Both the position numbers and the translations under genes were made by a program. Positions 44,966 through 59,800 of a stretch of 64,000 nucleotides of DNA are shown in pieces (position 1 is the stretch's first letter; each line of letters begins with the position of its first letter). The stretch is taken from positions 1 through 64,000 of the forward strand of contig MCFH01000053.1 in the NCBI GenBank assembly GCA_002104945.1. Direction: 5' to 3'. A model generated the notes under the pieces. It made no database searches. It had not been told where the DNA came from and saw nothing but the letters and a program-made list of their open reading frames with translations. This DNA comes from Piromyces finnis finn. Its lineage: Eukaryota > Fungi > Neocallimastigomycota.

Positions 44966-45388
44966 CATTAATATATATAATTATTAAATTACTTATTATA
45001 AACAATAAATTAACGAATAACAGTGAAGCATATGGAAGAAGTTGGAAAGAAATTATTTAAAGATATAAGCCCAGAAGGAGAATGCAGGTATATATTACAT
45101 AATTTAATAATTTATATTTTTCAAAAAACTAATATAAATTAAAAAAATAAGAAACTAAATTGAACTTAACTAAAATTATTAAAATAAATTATTATTATTT
45201 ATATAAGAATTGGATTTACACAACCTCCATTTAATACAGTACCATACCTTCATATGCATATAGTTTCGCTTCCAATTACTTGCAATTATTTTAGGGCTGT
45301 ATTTTTAAATCCAAAATTATTTTTATGGACTCCAGAAATGATTTTAGAAAAAATAAAAAAAAATAAATTGGAATTTATTAATAAATAA
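44655..45388 (+). CDS. Histidine triad (HIT) nucleotide-binding protein, HINT3-like (4 exons)
   Basis: Spliced product is MENCIFSKIVRGE...AFHDINPAAKIHILIIPR...RIGFTQPPFNTVPYLHMHIV. Absent from the ORF track. Confidence 0.87.
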
Positions 45389-46236
45389 AAAAAAAAAAAC
45401 AAGATAATTATATATTTAAATAATTATAAAGTTAAAAATAATTATCTTTTATAAAAATAATCTACTAAAACATATTATCAATTTAATTCATTTAAAATTA
45501 TTGTTTTTTTTTATTAAATTGTTTTTAAAATTTAACGTTTTTTTATTTATTTTTTTCTTTTTCCGTTAATAACTAACAGAAATTCCTTTTATCAATAATT
45601 AATTAAACTGATATTAACAAATAAAATAAAAATTGATATGTCATATGGTGCAATTGTATACGTTATGTAAGAAAATGTGTAATAATTATTTTTGTTTATT
45701 TTTGTTAAAGATCTTTTTTAGTAAATAAAATAAAATTCTAACCAATAATTTATCATTAAATTAATCTAATAATTTCTTTTTCCATAATAAAAAAAAAAAA
45801 AAAAAAAATAAATTACTTTTACTTCACTTTTTAAATTATATATATATATATATTTTTTTTTAATCAAGGTATATTTATAATTTTTTTTTTTATAAAAAAG
45901 AAATAAGTTTCAAATGTATTTATAATTTTGCATAATATTCTATAAAAAATATAAATAATTAAGCTGAATATATTTTAAGTTAAAATGTTAAAATAATATC
46001 ATATAAAATATCAAATAAAAATAAATTGATATTTGAAGCAAATGAAACAATCAAAATTTCTAGGAAATAATAATTAAAAAAAAAAAAAAAATAAACAAAA
46101 ATTAATAAACAATTCAGGAAATTAAGTTTATTAAATAAAAATGTGAATTTAAGATTATATCTTAGATATTTCAATTTTTATTATTTTTTAAAAAAGATTT
46201 TAATTCTAAGCAATATTTTTCATTTAAATTTTAAAG

Positions 46237-48524
<2,288 letters not shown>

Positions 48525-49135
48525 GTCCATTGATTAAACAAAAATATAAATTTATATAGTTTTTTTTTTTAATTATTAATTTTTAAATTTAAATAATAAA
48601 AAAAATAATATTAATGGTATGATAAGAATTCTCTTTTATTATATTGTTATTCAAGAAATAATTGTTTATAATTCTCTAATAATTTTTAAATAAAACAAAT
48701 TTTTTTTAAAAAAAAAGTATTAAGCATTTATGTACCAAATATATTAATTTGTTCATAATGTGAAATATGGGGGAAAAGTATAAAGAAAAAAATATTATTT
48801 ATAATTCAAAAAAAAAAAAGTTTAACTATTTAAAATAAATTAGAAAAAAAAAAAAGAAAAAGAAAAAGAAAGAAATAGTACTGAAATTAAAAATAATATT
48901 TATATTTTAATAAATTTCGAAAGAATATATAAAAGTAATTTAAATTTCTTAAAAATGAGAGTTTAATAGCAGATAACACCTAAAATATATAAATATATAT
49001 ATATTGTACTATTTAACATATATATATACACATCTCTTAACAATTAATAAATAAAGAATAGATAACCCTTTTAATATATTTTTACAATATAGAATTTTTA
49101 TTATTTTGTTTTGATTTTTAATTTGTATAAAATTG

Positions 49136-49159
<24 letters not shown>

Positions 49160-49166
<7 letters not shown>

Positions 49167-50509
49167 CGTTTTATTACATTTTTTGTATGATTTTTTGAAA
49201 GAATAATGTTTTGAATAAAGTAAGATATGTACAAATATAGAAAGATAATTGCTATTATTATTTTTTTTTTATTTATCCATATTTGGGCTCCGTATTTTAT
49301 TAATAATTCCTCAATTTCATTATAATGCCCCTTTCTTGCCAGTGTTAATGGTGAATCGCCATCATCATTAATAATATTGACATTTGCTCCATGTTCTAAT
49401 AGCAATTCAACAATTTTTTTTTCACCTATTTCACTAGCTAGTGTTAATGGTGTACTATTATCATTATTTGATATATTTACATCGGCATTATAAACTAGAA
49501 GAAGTTTAATAATTTTATGATAATTATTATCAGAAGAAACATAAAGAGCGAAACAAGCTACATTAATTGGTGTATCACCATTAATATTTTTAACATTAAC
49601 ATTTGCACCATTTTTTAATAAGATATCAACTACCTCAAAATGGCCATTTTGACAAGCTAGTGTTAGTGATGTATTATAATAATCATCTGTAGCATTGATA
49701 TTTGCACCATATTTTATTAAATACTGAACTCTTTTAACATTGCCTTCACAACTTGATTGTAATAATGGTGTATATCCAAAATCATCGTATAAATTAATGT
49801 TTGTTCCATATTTAAGCAAAAGTTTTATAGTTTCTTCATCTGAATTATCACATGCTAATAAGAATGCTGAATTTCCTTCTTCATCTATATCATTAATGTG
49901 TAATTTATTAAATTCATGCTTTATTATTTTAGTCAAGAATTTTGTACTACTTTTAATTCGTTTTTGTTTCAATAATAATAAATTTATAATAAATTTATTA
50001 TCCATTATATAATATTCTAAAATATCTTTTACAATTAGAAACAGTTCATTTTCTACTGCGTACATAAGTGCATTTCTATCATCTTCGTCTTTTATGTTAA
50101 TATCTATATTATTATTTAATAGAAATGATAGACTTTCTCGTGATATTTGATTATTTTTTATTAAATAAATTAGAGCGTTTTCCGTATAAATATTCATATA
50201 ATTGATATTAAATCCATTATTAATTAAGTCTTCAGCTATTTTCAGTTTATTATGCGATAATGCTGCTGTCAATGGTGTTTCTCCATTATTCAATTCAAAA
50301 TTTATTTGTTTTATATTAGAAATTAAAAACTTTATAATTGAATCTGAAATATTATTTTTAATAGCAAATATTAAAGGATTTTCACTTATTTTAATTTCGT
50401 CGATATTTACAACATTTTCATTTATATATTCCTTGATTACTTCAATATTATTAGTTCGTATTATTGTTAATAAATCATTATTTTTAGAATTTTTAGAATT
50501 TGTAATCAT
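49160..50509 (-). CDS. Ankyrin repeat protein (about 10 repeats)
   Basis: 449-aa ORF with GETPLTAA, GNSAFLLAC, GYTPLLQS, NTSLTLACQNGHFEVVDILLKNGANVN, STPLTLAS and GDSPLTLA repeats. The 3' end is uncertain. Confidence 0.92.
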
Positions 50510-51246
50510 TATAATAATTTATTTAATTATTTATTCATTATAATATGCTAATTATAAATATTTTTATTATTTATGCTAATGGTATATTTTATTCAATAAT
50601 AATAATTACATGATTACATTATTTCTTTTTTAAATTTAAATTTTTACTATTTCTATTTGCTTTTTATTATTACGCTTTATATATTTTTAAAATATAATTA
50701 AACCAATAAAATAAATATTTAAACAATATGTAATAAAGTTTTATGCCTTATTATTATTTAATTTTTTGAAGATAACAAATATTAAAAATTATTATACACT
50801 TGATTAACATTATATAGCATTATTTATTATTCATTAAAAGTTTAGTTTTTTAAATAAATATTTATTATTATAAAGTTTTTATTATTATTATTATTAAAAA
50901 AAAAAAAAAAAAGGAAATAAAAATAAATTAAATATTATATATTACATGTATATGTTAAAATTGATAAATAATTATAAATTTATTATTAAAACTATTATTA
51001 ATAATGTTATTATATTTTATAGTAATAATAAAAATGATTAGTTTATAATATCTTATGATTGTTAGAAAAAAAGTGTTATGTTTAAAAAGATAATTATACA
51101 AATGTAATAATGGAGTGAATAAATACATACTAATTATAGAATTAATATTATGTATAAAAATATTTGCTTATTGTCGTATTAATTACTCTTTTTTTTTGAA
51201 CAATTTTTAAGTAAAAAGAGGAAACAGTGTTTATATATAATTATTT

Positions 51247-52707
51247 TTATAATACTTTTGCCATAAATGAATCCTTTTTTAAATAATAAACTAAAAATAA
51301 TGATATTGTGTATAAAATAATTGAATAAATAGGAACCCAATAGAGTGGATCAAAGAGTTGAGAATGGAAATTAAAACAATAGAATATGTGATAGATAGTT
51401 AAATGAATTAAATATACACCAAGAGAACAATCTGAAAGAGTACTTAAAATTTTTCTAAAGGATTTTACACGCATTAATGGCTTTAAAAAGCGGTTTACAG
51501 AATACTTGAAAAATACAAAAATTCCATATGCACCCATTGCCACATTAAAATTGTAATACCTGGAGAGATTATGAGCATTTTCGTCTAAAGAATAGCATGA
51601 AATAAATCTAAGTATTACTGAAAGTAAGCATCCAGTTATTCCAACAATGTAAGAGTAAAAAATATGCTTCTTTTTGACAAAAACATGACTACCAACCATA
51701 TATCCCATTAAATAGTATCCTAAATAATGACCAGCAGTATTAATAACAAGGTTTTTAACATATGTACGGAATACTTGTAAATCAATATTTAATGCAATAT
51801 TAAAGAATTCATGAATTGTTGGAACAAGATATGAAATTATAGAACATAAAGCTACCATATACCATCCCATTTTTCTATCTTTTACTACTACACGATAGAC
51901 CGGTGTTACAATATATATACCAATTGTGAAGTTTAAATACCATAAATGAGTAGAACCGCTAATAATACAAGTTTTAATTGTATCTATAATCAATTCCCAT
52001 CCCAATTCAAATTCTTTCTTCTCATAGTTAATAATAAAACGATCAAATATACCATAGTAAAGTGACCAAAAAACATAACACTTAAATATCCTAGGTATAT
52101 ATTTTTTAAATATGGTTTCAGTTGTTATATTCTTTTTTTGAGGATTCAAAAAAAGCATACCACTAATCATAATAAATAAAGGAACACATGGTCTTGTTAA
52201 TGCACAATATATAATTAAAACCCGACCATTGTGTGTCTTATAATCAATATCTGGTTTAAGTACCATATTACTACAATGGATAAATACAACCAAAAAACTA
52301 GCAAAAACTCGAAGGCAATCCAACCAATAAACTCTTTCTGTTTTTTTCTTTTGTTGTTGTGTTTTTCCTCTGTAATGTTGCTTTAATTTTGTATATTGCT
52401 TCATCTTAATTTTTGAAGCATTTCTTAAAGGTACTATTCTTTTTTTTTTAATTATTGGAATAATTTCTTCTTCATTACTTTCTGAATATTCATTATTTAT
52501 ATCTATAGTTAGGTATTTGTCATCATCCTTATCTTTTTCTAACTGAGAATTTTCTAATTCGTTTTCTAATTTATCATTTCCATTGGCTGTATAATAATCA
52601 GTATTACTATTTTTTTCATTATGATTAGTATCCTCAGGGTCAAAATTATTTTCAAAATTCATATTTATTACATTTTCATTTTCATTAATATTATCATTTA
52701 AAGACAT
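51247..52707 (-). CDS. Acyltransferase-3 family (OafA/WecH-like) membrane O-acyltransferase, copy A
   Basis: Intronless 486-aa ORF with RVYWLDCLRVFASFLVVFIH, RPCVPLFIMISGMLFL and HLWYL motifs and about 10 hydrophobic segments. Confidence 0.9.
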   Translation of the reverse strand: MSLNDNINENENVINMNFENNFDPEDTNHNEKNSNTDYYTANGNDKLENELENSQLEKDKDDDKYLTIDINNEYSESNEEEIIPIIKKKRIVPLRNASKIKMKQYTKLKQHYRGKTQQQKKKTERVYWLDCLRVFASFLVVFIHCSNMVLKPDIDYKTHNGRVLIIYCALTRPCVPLFIMISGMLFLNPQKKNITTETIFKKYIPRIFKCYVFWSLYYGIFDRFIINYEKKEFELGWELIIDTIKTCIISGSTHLWYLNFTIGIYIVTPVYRVVVKDRKMGWYMVALCSIISYLVPTIHEFFNIALNIDLQVFRTYVKNLVINTAGHYLGYYLMGYMVGSHVFVKKKHIFYSYIVGITGCLLSVILRFISCYSLDENAHNLSRYYNFNVAMGAYGIFVFFKYSVNRFLKPLMRVKSFRKILSTLSDCSLGVYLIHLTIYHIFYCFNFHSQLFDPLYWVPIYSIILYTISLFLVYYLKKDSFMAKVL

Positions 52708-53307
52708 ATTTTTTATTTTATTTTATTTTTTCTTTAATGTTAATTAATTCATTGAAATTCTTTAAAAAATATAATAAGAGTTTTTAAATTCTATATAAAC
52801 AAATAATTGAAATTCAATTTATATTCCTTATTCAATTTCTTTCTTTTTTTTTTGAAAAACTTGATTTATAGAATAAAATTTTTTTTTTTCAAATAAATAT
52901 AATTAATAATATTAAATAAAATTTATAATTTTATTTTTACAAAAATAAATTTATATAATTAATACATTACATTACATATATTTTAAATATATTCTTTTAA
53001 TAAATTTAAGATTTTTTAACTAGAAATATACATTTTTTTTAATTTTTTGACAAATTATAAATAATATTTTTTAATGTTATTCAAGTTTTCAATTTGAAAA
53101 AAATAAAATATAAAATAAAATAAAACTTTTAATAATATTATTATCAATTTGAACGAATTAAAAATTTATAGTAATAAAAAATAGAAGCAAAAAAGCTTCA
53201 ATGTATATTACTAATAAATAATAGATCTTTATTTTTATTAGTATTTTAATAAATTTTAATTGTTATATTCAATCTATTTTTATTTTTTTTAAAAAAGACA
53301 AAAATCA

Positions 53308-53338
<31 letters not shown>

Positions 53339-54057
53339 CAAAAAAAAAAAAAAAAAGCTTTATATATACTATTATTATTATGCTATTAAATTATTAAAAA
53401 TATGTAAATTGATTTTTATAAGTTTTCTCTTCTTTGATAATTGTTCAGGAAATATTTGTTATCCTAATCGTATGAGAGCTTAATAATGTTTTGAAAAAAA
53501 AAAAGTAGTATTGACACTAGAATATATATATATAAAACAAATTTCTGATCATATATTATATTAATAGTATTTATAGCAATTTATAATGTTTATTATAGTT
53601 AATTATATATTTCTAGTTGTATTATTTTGATATTTTATGTATTAATTATAATACAAAAAATATAAAATTTAAATATCATAAAATAAATAAATCATTTATT
53701 ATGATTTCCTTGTAGTACAAAATAAATTTAATTCTTAGCTTTTCTAAGAAATTTTAAATTTTGTCAATTTTAAATAATTTTGAGATTATATAATTATTTT
53801 TTTGTGATTTCTTTTTTTTTTTTTTAATTTTGTATTAATTTTAGTATTTTATTATTTTATTATTATCTTTTATTTATATATAATTCTTTTTATATAAATA
53901 AAATATTATATAAAAAATACTTAATAAATTTTTACTTAATTTAATTTTGTTCTATTTTATGATATTAATGTATAAATTTCTATTAAATACTTGTCTATTG
54001 ATAAGCTATGCAATTTTAATATTTCAATAAATAAACCATTTTCTTCTTTTTTAAAAA

Positions 54058-55344
54058 TTAAATATAATTTTTAACATATGGAACATATTGTAATATGGAA
54101 ATGGTAATTAAACTACATGTCCATATAATAAATGCATGTATAGGTGAGAATATTAATGAATTGAATGAATATGAATTGAAATTTAAACGTCGAAATAGTT
54201 CAAAATAAAATACATGTATTAAATAAATTCCGAATGATAATTGTGAAATTTTTAATAATAAGAATTTAAATCCTTTGATATTTAATAATTTTTTTAAAAT
54301 TTTACTTCCAGTATGTTTAAAGAAGATAAATATTATAATTGCCGTTACTGAAACATTAAGAGAGTTATAATCACCAAATTCTGTAACTTCCTTTTGTTTT
54401 AATATGCTAAAAATAATTTTTATAACATAAGTAAATATTAATAGCATGATACCAGCAACATAAATTAAAAATAATAAAAATTTATTTTTAATTTCAACTT
54501 TGCTAAGATAATATCCAAGTACATATTGGCATGTATATCCTGCTACAAGGAAAATTGCTAATTTTCCTAAAAGATTTGAAAATATGTTTTCCTGGGAACG
54601 TGATTTAAAATTATTCATTATATTGAATATAAATGGTAAAGCTTGTACTGTTGTCATTGAAAGAATAACAAAATATGACATTATCTTTTTATCTTTTGTA
54701 ATAGCTCTAAGTAAGGGCGTAACCATGTATAAGCCAATACACATGTATAAATACCACATATGAAATTTGCCATAAACAACATCACTGAAGAAATCGTATA
54801 TAACATTTGAATCCCATTTATATTCAGTATTAAATGCATTTACTTGATACTTGACAATTGTTGCATAAAATATATTCCAAAATATCAAAGTTTTTGCAAT
54901 ACGGGAAATATATTTTTTATATATTTTTGAAATAGATATTTCCTTTTCTGGATTTAAAAATAAAATACCACTAATCATAATAAATAATGGAACGCAGGTT
55001 CTACTCATAGCATCCCAAAACATAAGCCCATACCAATTAAACGTAAATAATGGAACTTCAAAAATAGCATAGGAAGATGAATGTACAAGAACAACCATAT
55101 AACTAGCTAATATACGTAAAGCGTCTATCCAATACTGACGCTCTTCTTTTGGTGAAGAAGTACGAACATTTCTAGAAGGTATTTCACTAGAAGAATAACT
55201 TTCAGCTAATAAACCTTGGTTTTCTTCATTTTCCATATCGAAAATAATTTCATTATCAGTGTTACTATTTGAATCAATACTCTTTTGTAAACTTTCAAAT
55301 TCTTTTTTTTTTATTTGAAGCATAACTGTTTCTTTATTGTTCAT
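54058..55344 (-). CDS. Acyltransferase-3 family (OafA/WecH-like) membrane O-acyltransferase, copy B
   Basis: Intronless 428-aa ORF with RQYWIDALRILASYMVVLVH, RTCVPLFIMISGILFL and HMWYL motifs. Clearly paralogous to 51247-52707. Confidence 0.9.
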   Translation of the reverse strand: MNNKETVMLQIKKKEFESLQKSIDSNSNTDNEIIFDMENEENQGLLAESYSSSEIPSRNVRTSSPKEERQYWIDALRILASYMVVLVHSSSYAIFEVPLFTFNWYGLMFWDAMSRTCVPLFIMISGILFLNPEKEISISKIYKKYISRIAKTLIFWNIFYATIVKYQVNAFNTEYKWDSNVIYDFFSDVVYGKFHMWYLYMCIGLYMVTPLLRAITKDKKIMSYFVILSMTTVQALPFIFNIMNNFKSRSQENIFSNLLGKLAIFLVAGYTCQYVLGYYLSKVEIKNKFLLFLIYVAGIMLLIFTYVIKIIFSILKQKEVTEFGDYNSLNVSVTAIIIFIFFKHTGSKILKKLLNIKGFKFLLLKISQLSFGIYLIHVFYFELFRRLNFNSYSFNSLIFSPIHAFIIWTCSLITISILQYVPYVKNYI

Positions 55345-56854
55345 TTTTTTTATTATATTTGTTTTATATTATATTTTAATATTTTATTTTTATTTTTTTT
55401 TTTTGTTTAATTTTTTTATCTATTTTTATGTTGTTGTTGTAGTTTTTGTATTACTTTTATTATTACAATTATAATATTACAGAATTACTTATCAATTATT
55501 GATGATGATATAACCACCATATATGAATTGATAAATATATAAAGAAATTAAATTTAATAATAAATATTAATATTTCTTTAAGATTATAATAATAATAACT
55601 ACATTTAGTAAAAAAAAAAAAAAAAAAAAAAAAGATACTTTTTATATTCTTTATATATATTTTATAATCCACCTCCAATAATAATATCACCAAAAATATA
55701 TACATTATGATTTCTATCCATACTATTATTATAATAGAAAAAAGAATATTAATAATAAATTAAATATTAATGAAAAAAAAAGTTTAAATTTTTTTTTTTT
55801 TGTGCTCATCTGAAAATCATATCAGATTTTATTTATATTAAAATTTAAAAATATTTGGTGATTATGATTTTTGTCAAAATTGATATAATAATAAAATTAT
55901 AATATTTCTTTTATATTTCTTCATTTTTATATCTATAAAAAGAAAAGGCTTCCTTCAATATATAATAACTTTCATATTAAAAAAAAAAAGTAATAATAAT
56001 TATAATTTTTTTATGTAACTAGAATAATATTTAAATTTTTCAAAAAAAAAAAAAAAAAAAAAAAGTAACACAAATAGATTAGATTTAATAAACAAATATT
56101 GTGTTTGATAAACTTTATTAATTATTATTATTACTTTATCTTTATATTAATAAAAGTATAATTAATATAAAAATTTTACTTGATCATAATCATAATGGAT
56201 TTTTGTGTACATTAAATTATTATTTCTAAAATGTAAAAAATTAAATAATCCACAATTGGCATTTCATCATTTCTTTTAAAATACCTAAGATTTGTTATAT
56301 TAATAATAAAGATATAATCTAATTATTATAATATTTTATGGCTATTCATTTATAATACATAAAGAGCATGTTCATGATATTTAATGAACTTTTATTTTTT
56401 TTATTTTAAATAATAATTATTGTATTTTATTCATAATTTTTAAAAAATTGACTATATTAAAGAATTTTTATTAATATTTGAAATTAATATATTATATATA
56501 TGTATTCATATATATAAAATGTGTAAAATGTCACAATATACATTTACTATTATATAATATTTTTTAATAATTGGTAACCATTTACGTTCATTTTATTATC
56601 ATTATGCTTGAATAAATATATGCTTTAGTTATAATAATATATATTATATATATTAAATCATTTTTTTTCAAATAGAAATTTTATTATATTATCAATTAAA
56701 ATTTACTCCAAAAAGTAAATTTTTTTTAAAAAAAACTACAAAGAAATTAATTTAGTTTATATTACTTAAATAATATATAAGAAATTTAATTGTATAAAAA
56801 ACAAAAATTACTTCCTTTATTATATCTAAACATAGCAAGAAATATTATATTAAT

Positions 56855-59800
56855 TTAATTCTTATTTAATGTTGTCACTGCGAAAGAGCGAATATTTGGG
56901 AAGAATTTACATGGAGAGAAAGGGAATGGTATATTTTTACATCTAAGACATTTGAAATGATGTAATTTATCTAAATGTGGAATTTGATGAATATTATTGC
57001 AATCTTCAAGTAACAACCATTCTAAATTTTCTAATTCTCTTGGAATATATGAAAAGATACGACAATGGCTAACATTTAACATAGTTAATGATTTAAAGTT
57101 GGATGAAACACTTATAAAATTATCACATTGAAGTACATTTAATGTGTTTAACTTTGTAAGATTGTTTGGAATTTTGTAAAAGTTTTTACATAATTTAACA
57201 TTTAAAGTTTGTAATAATGGGTATTTATCAGCAATAGATGTTAAAAAGAAACAACCTTCTAAAGAAAGACTATTAAGTGATGGGAAATCCCAATCTATTG
57301 TTCTTAAATTGTTACAATTTCTGAATTTTATCCATTCAACTGCATTAAATTTTCCAGTGAAGTTTATTTTATCACATGATTCAACAATTACATATTTTAA
57401 TTCAGGGAAAACTCCATTTAGTATAACATGTTCTCCACGTTCAATATGAAGTGATGTTAAATGTGGCATTGCAGGTATAATACGATTAAGGATTGTTGGT
57501 ACAAATTCTAAACGTAATGATTTTAAGGAAGTGAAATTTGATGGAAAACTGAAATCTAATGGACATTCAATATTTAATACGGAAAGTTCTGGGTAGCATT
57601 CTGGTAATTTTATTAAATCTTCTTTAGAAAATTCATCACAAACAATAGTTAAGTCTGAAAGCTTTGGTGAAATTGGTAAACTTTCATTTTTTTTATTATT
57701 CATTAATAATAAAGATTTTAATTGTGGCATATAAGTATTTTCTTTAATAAATAATTCATTAAAATCATCTTTGTAATCCAATTCAACAATTAGAGTTTCC
57801 AAATTATTGTATTCTCCAGACATCCATAAATCATTTTTGAAATGGCATTTTAATTCAATTAAATTGACATTTCTTAAGAATGATGGAATATAGGATAATT
57901 CTGATTTTTCATCAATAACAACACTTTCTAAGGATGGCATTGAGATCTTTTCCCATGGTTTTAATGTTCTTGGAGATAACTTACATTCTTCAAATTGGAT
58001 ATGCTTAAGGGATGGTAATACTAATTGACGAGGTGAAAACATACGATTAAATATATCTCTACGGTTAACTTGACGGATAGTTAAGTTAGTTAATGTTGAA
58101 AAAGAACTAAAGGCAGTATTAATTAACTTCTTTGAATACTCATCAGTTGATATAGACATATTTTGAATATCACAATATAGGACGAGATTTTTAATTTGTT
58201 GGAATGTAGTATCTGAAATCTCTAATAATTCTAAGTCCTTGAAAAATATATCAATTTTTAACATTACATTTTTTACATTAATTAAATTTTTGAGATAATT
58301 TAATTGATCGTATCTTTTAATATTTAAAACATTTGGTGAATAAAGTGTTTTACGGAAACGAGTACAAGTAAAACGGAAGTTTTGTTTATCGGTATTTTTA
58401 TTAAATTGATCAAAAATATTTAATAAAATTTCTGGTGGTAAGGTATCTAATTTATATGATATTTTTTCTAACTGAGTAAATTCCTCTTTTATCTCTGTGT
58501 CAACGTTGTTTTGCTTGTTATCTTTTATTGATTTAGATTCATAATTACTTTCTAATAAATTTATTATGTCCATACATTTTTTGCAAGTTTTTATTTGTCT
58601 ACGAATATTGCATTGACATTCATGTACCTTTAATAAATTAAAATACATAGTTTGACATTTGGAGCAACTAGAGTAGATTTGATATTGTTGAATTGATTTT
58701 AAATAGAAGATATTTTCAGTACATGAAAAAGAATGATCATTGTTAACTATAGTTTGAATATGCTTTTTTAAATGCTCCAAAACTTTAAATTTTTGGAAAG
58801 TTGATGCTAATTCATAATGGGAATGTTGAGACGAACGATTAAGTGATAAATTCAAATTATAAAAGAATAACAAAATTTTTGAAAGTATAACTGAACTTTC
58901 AAGGTTAAACTTTATGCGTAAGGAATTTATTTTTTTAGTTGAATTTAATGGGAGTGAACTAGAAAATAAGGAAGACATGAAATTGAAATATTTAACTATA
59001 TCAATGGAAACTTGAATTGATTCATGAGATGGATCATACATAAAAATAGGATTTAACTTATTTAAATAAATAAAGTTCTGAGTATTTATGGTCAATTCAC
59101 AATTAGTAAGTGCTGAATTGTTATATAAAATGTGAAGTAAATAATTATTAAGTTTATGTAATATATCACTTTCATTAGTTTTTTCTTTAGTAATAATTTT
59201 AATTTCAGATAAAATATTCTTAGTGCTAGCAATACTTAATTCGATATTTGAGTTTTCTTTACTATGCAATTCTTGGTGATTAAAGGATTTTTCAACTAAG
59301 GATTCACTACTACTACTATTATTTCTATTAACCATTTTGTTTGAATCTCCTGATGTCTTTTTATAAGAATCATCTAAATAAATCATATTATTAATTATAT
59401 TTGAATCTGTTGAATTTAATGAATTATTGGATGATTGAATTGAAGAAGTATTACTTTTCTTTTCGGATTTATTAATGGCATTTTCAATTTCAATTGAATC
59501 ACTATTTTTATCAATTATTAAATTGGATATTTGTCCAATACTAGTATTATCTATATCTGAATTCATATCTATATTATCAATATTTTCAATTTCAAGATTG
59601 TCTTGGGAAATATTACATGATGATAGAGATTTTGTAATATTGTTAATTTTTATGTTTTCATTCATGAAATTATTTTCCATTTTCAATATTACGGAGTCAT
59701 CTTTTTCCTTATGTTTTAATTCATTACTACTTGTATTTTCATCATCAACAATATAAGCCTCTTTGTCTCCAGAAAAATCATTACTAGAATGATTTTGTGT

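Noticed and set aside
55496-55740. 69-aa ORF and slightly GC-richer patch upstream of acyltransferase B
   Set aside because: No recognisable motif or consistent splice model; the TGATGA at about 55500 lacks a nearby CTGA box D, so a snoRNA is unsupported.
56180-56290. Minus-strand ATGATGA (box C-like) motif
   Set aside because: No box D (CTGA) or terminal stem within snoRNA distance.
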